A stretch of 52,606 nucleotides of DNA from Octopus bimaculoides (GCF_001194135.2 NC_068997.1:36847190-36899795), one strand, 5' to 3'. Positions 1-12,773 are shown, numbered from the stretch's first letter. The notes: generated by a model not told the origin, from the letters alone. Numbers and translations: made by a program.

Positions 1-365
1 TACATCAATTAGAAAGCATTTTTTTCCTTCATGATCTTTGACAGCTATATCTGGTCTATTGGCCTTTATTTCTCTATCTGTGTGTATTGGCATATCCCAG
101 AGTATGGTTGCTTTCTCATTTTCTGTAACCTTTTCTGGCGTGTGTTTATACCATCTTTTTTCTTTTGTTATTCCATAGCGTTGGCATAGCATCCAGTGTA
201 TATAGATCCCAGCTCTGTCGTGTCTGTGAATATATTCCTTCTTAACCAGGACTGGGCAGCCAGGGATAATATGATTTATTGTTTCTTGTCCATCGCCACA
301 TATTCTGCAGTTACTTGTTATGTTTCTTTTCATTATATATTTTTGGTAATTTCTGGTGGGGAGGC
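1..365 (-). mobile_element. R4/Dong-clade non-LTR retrotransposon fragment (zinc-knuckle/restriction-like endonuclease region), decayed
   Basis: 140-365 aligns by eye with about 40570-40790, whose minus strand leads into a REL-type LIDVSIP..D...SLKE motif. Confidence 0.6.
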
Positions 366-396
<31 letters not shown>

Positions 397-2700
397 TTGG
401 TTTGGCTCAGGTTCAATCTTATTCCTGGTAGGAATCATGCAGATAGCGGGTTACTACCTGTAACCTTAGGTATCCACAAGTTTTCAGCAGTCTTTCAAGT
501 GCTTAGAATCTTCCTGATAATCCTTACTGTCCCTAAGAGACAAACTTTCTGTAGGAGCTCTACTGGGCATTCTATTTCAATCTCCTTCAGCCATCTGTCT
601 ATCTCTTGGCTTACTTTTCCCAACACACCATTTATTATAGGCATGACCTTTTCTGCTCCAAATTCTTCCTATTTCAAACTTTTAGGGATTGTATTTTTTT
701 TTTTCTTCCTCTTTCTTTATGATCCTGGAATCAAACAGACATGATGGGTTGATAAGTAAGCAACTTCTCTTTTCCTTATCTATAATTGTTATGTTTGTGC
801 TATTATTTTCTAATTTCTTGTCCGTTTGAATAGGCAAGTCCCACAGAATCTTACAGTTCTCTGACTCCAGTACTCTTTTGACCCAATGATTGTACCATGT
901 GTTTTCAGCTTCAAATCCCCATTTCTGGCAAAGTTTACAACCTGGTCATACCACCATTTCTTATATTCTTCCTGTGCCAACTCAGGGCATTCTGTCACAA
1001 TGTGTACCAGTATCTCTACATTTTCTAACATATTCTCTTCATATATATTTTTTCTCAAGTTGTTTGTTTTATTGCTTGATTTTGGGCTGCTACAATTAGG
1101 CTCTCTGTTTCTTTTTTTAATTGCCCCTTTTTTAACCAAGCCCAGGATTTTGTTCAGTGGTTCTCCAAAAATGGCCATGCAAAGGTTTCTCTTCAATCTG
1201 TCTTATGTGCTCTCTTTGTATTTCATTCTTGTCCTTTTCTCCTATTACATGTTTCATCACCTGTTCTTTATTAAGTGTTTTTAGTAGATTTTCTGTGCTC
1301 CTCTGTAAATACTCTACTAGACTTTCTTTTTCCATTTGTACACATTCTTCTACTGCTATTAAACCTATTCTACCCTGGGCTTTCCTCAAGTACAGCCAAT
1401 TGGTATCAGCTTTTGGATGGTGGGATCCATACATCGTCAACAACTTCCTAGTTTTTCTGTCAAGTTTCTTTATATTGTTTCTGGATCAGTCTATAATTCC
1501 AACACCATATCTGATTAAGGGTACTGTTCTTGAATTTATTACTTCAAAATGATTTTTGGAATTCAGCTTTGACTACAATAATTTTCTGCCTCTCCTTGTG
1601 TGCTCCCTACTGATAATTTATTTCATTCCTTCCTCTTTTATCTCATCTGCTTCCAGTATTCCCAAGTACTTGTACCACTGCCCTTTCTCAACCACTCTCA
1701 TTGTTTGCCTATATGGCATTTCAATTCCCTGGCTTTTTTCAAATCTTCATCGTTTCATTTTCAATATAGCATACTTTTCTATCTCAAATTCCATACCTAC
1801 ATCAGTTGAGAAAATGCAGATAGTATGTACAAGACTGTTTCTCATTTTCTGCATAAATCTTTATATTATCCATGAAAAGAAGATGATTTATCTGACCATT
1901 TCCTTTTCCCAAATTGTAAGCAATTTTAACTTTTTGTAGTATTATAGTGAGCTGTGTCATGGCTAATGACACTAATACTAATGGAGATAGGCTATAACCT
2001 TGGAATATTCCATGTCTGATGTTCACTTTTCCAAGTTTTTGTTTTCCACCGATCAATTCAGTATTCCAATATTTCATACTTTAATTAAGCATTTTCTCCA
2101 TGTTTTTTGCTATTCCAAACATGTGCATTGTTTTACTTATCCAACTGTGTGGTACCATGTCATATGCTTTTTTGTAATCTAGCCATGCTACCTCCAGTCC
2201 CATCAATCTTACATCTGCAATTTCTAATTATCATTTTATCAACTAATAAGTGATCTTTTGTTGCCCTACTTTGTTTCCTGTGTCCCTTCTGTTCTTCTGG
2301 ATGTAGATTGTTACTTTCCAGATGGTTGTATAACTCTTCCACCAAGACATTGATCATAAACTTCCTCATTAGTGGTAAACAGGTTATAGATCAAAATTTG
2401 ATGTGAAGTTCCCTTTCAAGGGGTCCTTGAGGCATAGTGCCATTCATCCACTTGTCATCTAGGCAGTGACCTTGCTGCAGGCAGTCATCCAGCTGCACAA
2501 TGATCCTGTCATGCAACTGTGTAAAGTTCTTCAGCCAATAGTCTTGTACCCCACCCGGGCTTGATCCCTTCCAGTTTGCTACTTTTTGTTTAACTTCTGT
2601 CTCACTGTCAGGACCAGCTTTAGAAGGTGCAGGGCCTAATTGGGAACAATTTTGGTGGGCTCCAGGTTCCCAGTCAACTTGCACCAAGGTATCCAGCCGT
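366..2700 (-). mobile_element. R4/Dong-clade LINE, 5'-truncated and decayed, with (TAA)n tail
   Basis: Minus ORF pieces: GIFQGYSLSPL and HLLFMDNIKIYAE (RT), HHPKADTNWLYLRKAQGRIGL, HIVTECPELAQEEYKK (CCHC region). (TAT)n run at 366-396 forms the 3' tail. Confidence 0.8.
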
Positions 2701-2970
2701 TGAAACTATACTACTGTGCAGTGTCATGTAAAAGCACTCAGTCCATGCTGTAAAGTGGTGGTGGGAGGAAGGACATCCAGCTGTTAAAACCATGCTCCCC
2801 TGTGGTGCCATGTAAAAGGATTCAGTCCACACTGTAAAGTGGTGGCATTAGGAAGGGCATCCAGCCACAAAAACCATGTCAAACCAGCCTCTGGCTTGTT
2901 AGCCCCTACCAAACTGTCCAACTCATGCCAGCATGGAAAGGGATGTTAAATGATGATGATGATGATGATA
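2700..2970 (+). mobile_element. 3' end of RTE LINE or RTE-tailed SINE, with internal duplication and (GAT)n tail
   Basis: ...ggaagggcatccagc...catgccagcatggaaagggatgttaaatgatgatgat matches the 3' ends at about 23270-23460 and 48870-49015. Confidence 0.7.
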
Positions 2971-3019
2971 AGCATATATATACATATATTATGTATATAT
3001 TTATATGTTTGTGTGTGAT

Positions 3020-6000
3020 GAAGACAGGTGTATAAACAACAATATTAGTTTAACGCTTCGGAAGGTGAGAAAGTTTTTTATGTTTCGAGCCTACGCTCTT
3101 CAACAGAAAGGAACATGAGAAAATAAACAGAGAGAGAGAATAAAAAAAAGAAAGCTTTAGTAGCTAGCAGTCAATCATGATGATGGCTGGACAGAGGTGG
3201 TCAGACAGGAAAGCTAGGAAGAAAGGGAGATAATAAAGTAGTGGTAATCCCAAAATGAAGGTGTTCCTGCATGTGTATGTGAGAGCATGTGTGCGTGTGG
3301 ACAGGGAATGGTGACCTTGGTGTGCGGGTGTGTGCATGTGTTGGTGTGTGGATGGTGGTGTGGGTGCTGGGAAGTGGTCAGTGTTAGTGTGTGTGGTGTG
3401 GTTGTGTGTGGTGTGGTATGGGTGCTGGGAAGTGGTCAATGCTAGTGTGTGCAGGGTGGTGTGGTGATGTGTGGTGTGATGATGTGGTGTNNNNNNNNNN
3501 NNNNNNNNNNNNNNNNNNNNNNNNNNNNNNNNNNNNNNNNNNNNNNNNNNNNNNNNNNNNNNNNNNNNNNNNNNNNNNNNNNNNNNNNNNNNNNNNNNNN
3601 NNNNNNNNNNNNNNNNNNNNNNNNNNNNNNNNNNNNNNNNNNNNNNNNNNNNNNNNNNNNNNNNNNNNNNNNNNNNNNNNNNNNNNNNNNNNNNNNNNNN
3701 NNNNNNNNNNNNNNNNNNNNNNNNNNNNNNNNNNNNNNNNNNNNNNNNNNNNNNNNNNNNNNNNNNNNNNNNNNNNNNNNNNNNNNNNNNNNNNNNNNNN
3801 NNNNNNNNNNNNNNNNNNNNNNNNNNNNNNNNNNNNNNNNNNNNNNNNNNNNNNNNNNNNNNNNNNNNNNNNNNNNNNNNNNNNNNNNNNNNNNNNNNNN
3901 NNNNNNNNNNNNNNNNNNNTGTATAGGGCTGGTGGGGTTTAGATGTGTAAGGGTGGGGTAACAATGGAGGGGTGATGATGAAGGGAGAAGGTAGGTAGGA
4001 GTGAAGAGGGGAAGTAGGTGTGGGAGCAAGAGAGGAGAGGATAGGTGGGTGGGAGTGAAGAGAGGAAGTAGGTGTGAGAGGAAGAGAGGAGGGGAGTTAG
4101 ATGATGAGAGGAAGGGAGTTGAGCCCATGTGGCGCAAAGGAGCAAAGAGAGAAGATTAATTTCTGTTCACAGAAATACAGGCAGGTGTTGTAAAGAATGA
4201 CCAGTAGAGTGGAAATGGCGTGAGAACAGCGTGTTGTTGCCAAGTCTGATGTCTTGGAGGTGTTCTGCGAACTGGTCAGCCAAGCGGCATCCTGTTTGAC
4301 CGATGTACAGAAAAGGACAGAGAGCAGGAGATGCAGTAAATGACGTTGCTAGAAGTGCAGGCGAAGGAGTCAGTGATATGATAGGGTCGATGATGGGTGC
4401 CTGTGAGGATGATGGTGTTGGAGAGGTAGGGGCAAGTGTGGAAGCGTGGGCGGGAGGAGGGGAATGAGCCAGGTTGAGAGGTGGGGTTAGGGAAGAAACT
4501 GGGGACCAGGAGATCACGTAGGTTGTGGGTTTGTTTGAAGGAGGGGAGGGNNNNNNNNNNNNNNNNNNNNNNNNNNNNNNNNNNNNNNNNNNNNNNNNNN
4601 NNNNNNNNNNNNNNNNNNNNNNNNNNNNNNNNNNNNNNNNNNNNNNNNNNNNNNNNNNNNNNNNNNNNNNNNNNNNNNNNNNNNNNNNNNNNNGGGTGTG
4701 GAGAGAGAGGGCAGATGCATGGTCCATAGAATGTGTTCTGGCAAGGGTGGTATGGATAGTGGTGAGAGAATATCCACAAAGGATGAAGTGGCCAGCCATG
4801 AGTTGAGACTGAATCTCAAAGTCATGGTGGTCAATGCAGAGCCTGTGGAGAGACGGAGGAATTGGGAGTAGGGGATGGAAAGCTTGGTATGTTTAAGGTG
4901 GGAGGAGAAGAAGTTGAGGTATGAGTGTGAGTTGGTGTGTTTGTAGTGGATGGAGGTGGTGAGAGTGGAGTGATGAATGCTGACTGAAATGTCAAGAAAG
5001 GCGATGGAAGTGTTGGAAATAGTGAAGGAGAATTCAAGGGCAGGATGGAAAGATTTGACAAAAGTGAGGAAGGAGTCTAGTTGTTCACGGGAGAGTAAGG
5101 TCGCACCGATACAGTTGTCAATATAACGACCGTATAGTTCGGGAGTGGGACCAGTGAATCTTGATAATATTTGGGCCTCAACATAGCCAACGAACAGGTT
5201 CGCATAGTTGGGACCCATTCTCATTCTCGTGACCACTCCTGAAACCTGTTGGTAAAAATCACTCGTGAACAAGAAGCACTTAAGGGAGAGAACAAGTTCA
5301 ACTAGACGAAGAAGTGTGGATGTGTCAGGTTGGGGGTGGGGTTGAAGGTCAAGGTAGTGTTTGAGGGCAAGAAGCCCCTCATGGTGTGGGATCACCATGT
5401 AAAGGCTCTTTATGTCAAGAGTGAAGAGAAGTTTAGAGGGGCTAGGAGGGAAAGAGAAAGAGTTGAACAGAGGAAGAGCATGGTTAGTGTCATGGATATG
5501 AGAGGGGAGGGAAGCCACTAGGGCAAAAAGACACGGTCAAGATATTTGGAGATGAGTTCCAGTTGCAGGTGGAGATGACTGGGTGGCTGGGGTTATTAAG
5601 TTTGTGGATTTTGGGGAGGAAGTAAATTGTAGGGGTGTGAGAGTTGCGGAAAATGAAGTTTGAGGCAGTTGGGGGAGACAGGAGGAGGAGATGAGGTCAT
5701 GGATAATGGAGGACACCGTCTGTTGGTAGTTAGGCATGGGGTTGAAGGGCAGAGGGCAGTAGAAGGAGGTGTCTTTAAGTTGGCGGAGAGCTTAGGCCTT
5801 GTAGAGGTCTGCATGCCACACCACCATGGCTCCACCCTTGTCGGCCAGTTTTATGTCGATGTCTTTGCAGCGTCAGAGACACTGAAGAATCAAGAGTTCG
5901 GCTGGGGAGATGCTCAGATGTCGGGGACGCCTGGAAAAGTCAAGCCAGTCCACAGAGCACTGGCAGACATCTGCAAAAAGATTGACTGCTTGGAACTAGC

Positions 6001-6140
6001 CAGGAGCTGGCGTCCAGTGGGATGGTTGGCGGCTCTGGTCAGTGAAGCAGTCGTCGTCATTAGATGCAGCCAGAGTGTTGTGGAATAGCACACACAGCCT
6101 AACACGGCACACAAAGTTGTGGATATCTGCACAAGTCCGA
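3020..6140 (-). mobile_element. Penelope-like element (RT + GIY-YIG), decayed and interrupted by two gaps
   Basis: ORF 4514-5518: LFTLDIKSLY, QQVSGV..MGPNYANLFVG, RYID(N)CIG (PLE-type RT). At 4170-4420: SNVIYCISC..LYIGQTGCRL (GIY-YIG). Hammerhead-like core near the 3' end at 3082-3103. Confidence 0.88.
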
Positions 6141-6203
6141 AATTTGTTGCTTTATATGTACATAAATATATGTGTGTGTGGTAACTTTCTGAAACATGGA
6201 TAA

Positions 6204-6237
6204 TCTATATATATAAAAATGAGAATGTGTGTCTGTG

Positions 6238-6284
<47 letters not shown>

Positions 6285-7560
6285 GTGAATCCCTAAAACT
6301 CGAGAACTACGCAACCGATTTCATTCAAATTTTACACGTGCCTTACTTAGGGTTCCAGTTGTGTTTTAGTCAAAACATTTTTTTAACTTCTTGCAGAGTT
6401 CGAGCCCACGGCAACATAATATCTCCTCCACTATTTAAGTATTACGTGTCAAAAGTGAAACAAAAACACTTATGTCAAATACTTTCACTTTAAAAATGAA
6501 ACTATTCCACTAGCTGAAACAATCACATTNNNNNNNNNNNNNNNNNNNNNNNNNNNNNNNNNNNNNNNNNNNNNNNNNNNNNNNNNNNNNNNNNNNNNNN
6601 NNNNNNNNNNNNNNNNNNNNNNNNNNNNNNNNNNNNNNNNNNNNNNNNNNNNNNNNNNNNNNNNNNNNNNNNNNNNNNNNNNNNNNNNNNNNNNNNNNNN
6701 NNNNNNNNNNNNNNNNNNNNNNNNNNNNNNNNNNNNNNNNNNNNNNNNNNNNNNNNNNNNNNNNNNNNNNNNNNNNNNNNNNNNNNNNNNNNNNNNNNNN
6801 NNNNNNNNNNNNNNNNNNNNNNNNNNNNNNNNNNNNNNNNNNNNNNNNNNNNNNNNNNNNNNNNNNNNNNNNNNNNNNNNNNNNNNNNNNNNNNNNNNNN
6901 NNNNNNNNNNNNNNNNNNNNNNNNNNNNNNNNNNNNNNNNNNNNNNNNNNNNNNNNNNNNNNNNNNNNNNNNNNNNNNNNNNNNNNNNNNNNNNNNNNNN
7001 NNNNNNNNNNNNNNNNNNNNNNNNNNNNNNNNNNNNNNNNNNNNNNNNNNNNNNNNNNNNNNNNNNNNNNNNNNNNNNNNNNNNNNNNNNNNNNNNNNNN
7101 NNNNNNNNNNNNNNNNNNNNNNNNNNNNNNNNNNNNNNNNNNNNNNNNNNNNNNNNNNNNNNNNNNNNNNNNNNNNNNNNNNNNNNNNNNNNNNNNNNNN
7201 NNNNNNNNNNNNNNNNNNNNNNNNNNNNNNNNNNNNNNNNNNNNNNNNNNNNNNNNNNNNNNNNNNNNNNNNNNNNNNNNNNNNNNNNNNNNNNNNNNNN
7301 NNNNNNNNNNNNNNNNNNNNNNNNNNNNNNNNNNNNNNNNNNNNNNNNNNNNNNNNNNNNNNNNNNNNNNNNNNTGATGAAATTTTAACCCGAACATAAC
7401 AGATGAGCACTGTCTGTAGCTGGTCTTCTCTTGGAAGAGCCCCGCTTCTCACATGGACAACTGTATGTTGGCTGCTCAAGAGTGGGCAGCAAAAAAAACC
7501 CTATTTGCATATGCTCCACAAGGGAAAACAAGGAACATTGTTTACAACAAGGTGTTATAA
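6204..7560 (+). mobile_element. Helitron remnant: 5' TC terminus with (CTGT)n, and RepHel helicase C-terminus
   Basis: a|TCTATATATATAAAAATGAGAATGTGTGTCTG(TCTG)n...AACCGATTTCATTCAAATTT resembles non-autonomous Helitron 5' ends. About 7400-7560 encodes LSVAGLLLEEPRFSHGQLYVGCSRVG, a frameshift in poly-A, then TLFAYAPQGKTRNIVYNKVL* (PIF1-like motif VI). The middle is an N gap, so linking the two halves is inferred. Confidence 0.75.
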
Positions 7561-8164
7561 TCACAACAGCAACAAAGTATGTACATGATCACCTTCTTTT
7601 ACGAAACTTCATTGACTTTCATATATTTATTTTGATATAATTATTAATTAGAATTTTTTGGAAGCTGGTTATATACTTACTGATTATTTTTTTCTATAAG
7701 CTCTGTTGTAAGATACAGTCATGTCTGTGTGGCAAGAACTTTGTTTCTTAGCTATATGTTTCTGGATTTAGCACCAGTGTATGGCACCAAATGTTTCCTA
7801 CTATAGCCCCGTGTATGTGTGTGTGTGTGTGTGTGTGTGGATGTGTTTGTGCTTGTCCAAAACTTGAATGGGTTTTTATCTCACTTGAATGGTTTTTATC
7901 TCACTTCCCCCATCTTTATCTCTCCCACAATACACATGCATGCATACGCGCGCACGTGTGTCTGTATGTATACAATTCCCACAAAATAAAAAATACATAT
8001 ACATACAATCATACACATAAATACAAAGACTTCAACCAAACTACTATCAAAGGTAAAAATACTGAGTACTGAATTCTTTTACACATACATATGCATGTAG
8101 CCATTTAAAAAGTTATTTGCTTTCTATAATACATACATACATACATACATACATACATACATAA

Positions 8165-8206
<42 letters not shown>

Positions 8207-9008
8207 ACATAAATATATATGAAATACACTTTATTGAAATAATAGAGTTTCCCCCAAATTAAACATATACAAACATATTTATTANNNNNNNNNNNNNNNN
8301 NNNNNNNNNNNNNNNNNNNNNNNNNNNNNNNNNNNNNNNNNNNNNNNNNNNNNNNNNNNNNNNNNNNNNNNNNNNNNNNNNNNNNNNNNNNNNNNNNNNN
8401 NNNNNNNNNNNNNNNNNNNNNNNNNNNNNNNNNNNNNNNNNNNNNNNNNNNNNNNNNNNNNNNNNNNNNNNNNNNNNNNNNNNNNNNNNNNNNNNNNNNN
8501 NNNNNNNNNNNNNNNNNNNNNNNNNNNNNNNNNNNNNNNNNNNNNNNNNNNNNNNNNNNNNNNNNNNNNNNNNNNNNNNNNNNNNNNNNNNNNNNNNNNN
8601 NNNNNNNNNNNNNNNNNNNNNNNNNNNNNNNNNNNNNNNNNNNNNNNNNNNNNNNNNNNNNNNNNNNNNNNNNNNNNNNNNNNNNNNNNNNNNNNNNNNN
8701 NNNNNNNNNNNNNNNNNNNNNNNNNNNNNNNNNNNNNNNNNNNNNNNNNNNNNNNNNNNNNNNNNNNNNCACATGACGTCCACCTGAAAGGGAGCACGTG
8801 TAGAGTTCTACATATTACATTCAGTGTATCTCTTCAAATGTCTTCAATCTGGCGTGCTAAGTCCGGAAATAACTCTGCAGTTAATAAATTTTTGCAGCTA
8901 ATTTACTGGTTTGAGAACATCATTATTTAAAATTTATTAATAAGGGTAGAAATTGATATTAATCAATTAAAACCAGTGGTCTAGCATATTAAAAAAAATC
9001 TGAAGATT

Positions 9009-9226
9009 AATGACCAGCAAAAGTGGACTCCTATATGCTAGAAATAGATGCCAAATCATCTAACCACGAAAAATATGTTCTCAGTAAAAATTTAGCGACA
9101 CAAGAGACTGTGAAAGTGCAAGACAAATGAAAAAATACTAAATAAAAAAACCTTTAACCTACGTACCATGGTTTCACTTGTGTCGCTAAATTTCTAGCAT
9201 ATAGGAGTCCACTTTTGCTGGTCATT
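9009..9226. repeat. Compound inverted repeat
   Basis: Perfect 37-bp arms at 9009-9045 and 9190-9226, plus 17-bp arms at 9088-9104 and 9177-9193. Confidence 0.9.
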
Positions 9227-9264
9227 TCTCTTATTTTTGCATATACAAACATATATATATTTTA

Positions 9265-10183
9265 GGATCTAGTTAAATTGATTCACAAAATCAGCCCCCT
9301 TTAGTTTTGCTCAGTTTGCTTTCAATTTTAGTGTATCAATACAACTCTGAATTTTGATTGCGATCAACCAATTACATTATCTTGTAAATTAAAGAATCTA
9401 ATGTTATTTGGATTTAAAGTTGGGAAATTTGGATAATTTTAGCCACCCAACAGAGAGCGAGGCATTAACAGCTTATTACCATGAATACCGCATGTCGTGT
9501 TATGTTTCACCCATCCCGCATCTGTGCTGCACATGTGTGTGTGTATATATGTGTGTATGTATTTATGGGTGTTGTGTGTGAGGAGGTATATGTGTGTTTG
9601 TGTGTGTGTGCATATTTGTGTGTATATGTGTGTATGTGTATGTATATGTGTGTATTTATGTGCTGTGTGTGTGTGTGTGGGGGGGTATATATGTGCATTC
9701 ATGTGTATGTGTGCATGTATGTATGTTGTGTGTGTGTGTGTATGTGTGTGTGCATGTATGTATGTTGTGTATGTGTGTGTGTTTTCTGTGTGGGATCTAG
9801 TTAAATCGATTTTCATGTACATATAAACTTATATATGAATACATACATCCACATGCACTTATATATCAATAATGTACATGACAGGTATACAAAATACTGA
9901 AATATGCATAAAGTAAACACAGGTAACAGGTCATTTCACAGACACTAAACTAAATTTCACAGGGTACAACATTAAAGTTGACACCACTAAGTTTACACTG
10001 TTGTCTATTGGCACAGTTTTTTTTCGATTTTTAAACCTCTGTAACTTTTTCCACAAATTTTTTCTCCACAAGATCATGGATTCACTGCAATATGAGTGGA
10101 AAACTACATCAATATAACCGATTTTCAGATTTTTTACTACGCTTTAAAAAATGCAGATTCTGTGAATCAATTTAACTAGATCC
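9265..10183. mobile_element. Non-autonomous TIR element (MITE) with 8-bp TSD
   Basis: 23-bp perfect TIR GGATCTAGTTAAATTGATTCACA. ATATTTTA flanks both ends (9257-9264, 10184-10191). Confidence 0.85.
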
Positions 10184-10216
10184 ATATTTTATGTATATAT
10201 ATATATATATATATAT

Positions 10217-10316
10217 NNNNNNNNNNNNNNNNNNNNNNNNNNNNNNNNNNNNNNNNNNNNNNNNNNNNNNNNNNNNNNNNNNNNNNNNNNNNNNNNNNNN
10301 NNNNNNNNNNNNNNNN
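10217..10316. other. Assembly gap, exactly 100 N (placeholder size)
   Basis: Counted directly. Other gaps have irregular sizes. Confidence 0.95.
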
Positions 10317-10355
<39 letters not shown>

Positions 10356-10859
10356 GTAATAAATAATGGTAATAATAATAATAATAATGATAATAATAAC
10401 AACAACAATAACAAAAACAGCAACAGCTGCCTTTCTATGCTAGTACAGATATGGGTCAAATGAAACTTAGTGAGGCAGTTTTTCAATGACTTATTCTCTC
10501 CTAGTCACCAGTACTAGTAAAGTCTTATTTCTCCTAATGCTCCAAACAATGAACAGCTCAATGGTCAGACATGCTTTCATGGCACATTATAAATAAAGAT
10601 ATCATCACATTGAGGATGACACTGTTTTTATGCACAAACAATATCAGGACAATAAGAATATACAAATCCATATACATTCACACACACAAATATAAAGACA
10701 TAGCTGCATGTATATGTACATAGATATATACATATGTAGCTGAAACAGTAGAAGAATGAGAAAATAAATTCCAGGAAAAGAAACAAAACCTAAAATCAAG
10801 ATGCATCAACTTGAACTTAGTAAAGACAAAGACTAAAATATTAATAACAGGAGAGAAGA

Positions 10860-11420
10860 TCAGACCATAATATCATTAGGGAAATTGACAGAATAGGTAA
10901 GAATTCCATATGGTATAGCCAATGTAAAGTATGGATGCACATATGGTATAGCCAATGTAAAGTATGGATTCACAGGTGAACTAACAGAGAAGGCGAACTT
11001 CACATGCGGCAAGTGTACAGTAGCCATAAGTATGAAGAGCACATGTGAAACAGAATCCCATCAATGCCCAGATGAATCTCTAGAAGTAGTTAATAGTTTT
11101 TTGTTATTTAGGAAACCTAGTTAGCAATAGGGAGGAGGGGGTTTCCAACAGTGTGGTAGCCAAAATAAGAAAAGGTTGCAAAAATTTCAAGGACTTTTAT
11201 CTCAAGTTGGCATCCAAGTGCTTCTCTCTCAGAGTTAAGGGCTGACTGTACAACACTTGTGTGCAAAGTGCAATGTTACATGGTAGCGAGTTGTAGGCCT
11301 TGAGTACAGAAGATCAGCAAAAGTTAGAAAAAATAAAGTGAGCATGCTCTGCTGGATGTGTAATATTAATGTGCATGAACAAAGCAGAGAGGATTGCATG
11401 TGAGAATGAAAGGTGTTCAA
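10860..11420 (+). mobile_element. Decayed RTE LINE RT C-terminal fragment
   Basis: Similar to about 22150-22750 (NFTCGKCT, LEVVNSF segments). Contains a 33-bp tandem duplication at about 10907-10970. Confidence 0.6.
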
Positions 11421-11640
11421 TGGACAACATGGTCAGTAGATGTTCCACTATGGCATTCTATAGAGGATTAGTGGTGGGTAAGAGCAACAACATCCTTAGG
11501 GAAACTCTGGGCATTAATGAAAATCAACTGGCTGGGTTTTTCTAGAGGACTTTTAGACCAGGGTCCTTGGATTATAATCAGAAATCCCTGACCTGGCAGC
11601 AAAATTTTTTTTCCCACAAGAGTTCCAGACACCAGTTATG
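11420..11640 (+). mobile_element. Decayed fragment of the same family as 34430-35110 (L1/Tx1-like 3' region)
   Basis: gggaaactctgggcattaatgaaaatcaactg...gaggactttt matches gggagactctgggtgccaatgaaaatgaactg...aaggacttt at about 35030-35090. Confidence 0.5.
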
Positions 11641-12773
11641 AACTCATTTGCATACATCTCAACTATCAAATTAGTGACCACCTAGTCACGAAAATACTCT
11701 GGTTGAGTTCAGTGGAAAATGTGCGTTATAGCAAAATCTAAGTGTTCTAAATGGGTTAATAGGGGTGAGAAATGTGAAATTTAGTGTATAAAGTGAATGG
11801 AGAGCTGCTCACCGATAATGTCATAAGTATGTTGCCAATTTGCGTAATTCACTAGAAAATGTAAATGAGTGTAGTTTCCTAATTTTTTGACTGATTTTGT
11901 ACATTCCTAATTTAAAATGTTGGTGTTGATCTGGAAACATTGCAATCAATATGGTGTTGTGTCGTATTGCGCCCCCTTTGCATATATCAATGGGTACATG
12001 CAGTATCACTAATCTCAGTCTCAGCATAGGTACCTAATATTAGCTCCATATAGAGATGGTGCTCAATTGATCTATGGGGATGGTATGGGGGGATGTGGTG
12101 CTTATGTGAGACCTGTTATGCCACAGAGTGGCATACACCAATCTATGCCTGACTGGCTGTACTATAGTAGTACACAGTATGTGGATTTTCAAGGTGAGCT
12201 CTGATTGGCAGTATGCAAATGAGTTCATTACTGGGGTCTGGAACTCTTGTGGGGAAAAAAATTTCACGGCTTGGCAGTACTACTAGAGCTGCATTTCCAG
12301 TTTGAGATAAACTCTAGAGAAATGGTAATTCTGTCAGCTGTGCCTGCTTGAGATGCATTCAGAACAATGCAGTCATCCTGCACATTCTCATACAGTGCTC
12401 AAGCATTGCTGACTTTTGAAGTTATGTCAAACAGCTGCTGTCATGGATAGGGTGGATCCAGCTACTGGCTGATTCCTTCATGAAGATTGCACATATATGT
12501 ATATATGTCTTTATATGAGATTATTGTAGTTCGCTTGAAGCATTGTGTATTGTTTGTAAAATATAATGTGTCTTGAATGGCACAACAATGCACTATAATA
12601 ACAACAATGGACTATGATAACTGTTATAATTTAATCATCTATAGTCTGATATAATATTTTGGAATACAAAAATTCCTCCTTCAGATATCCCTAGGAATTG
12701 ACCGAGTAACTACCTGGTGGTTGCGAACTCGGCTTCGCCCAAGCATAGAGATAATATCCCATAAACACAATAC

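Noticed and set aside
1-10216. Search for upstream CFAP52 exons (also 15001-19289 on minus) and for the exon after 46217
   Set aside because: No matching peptide with splice sites was found. They are presumably outside the window or inside gaps.
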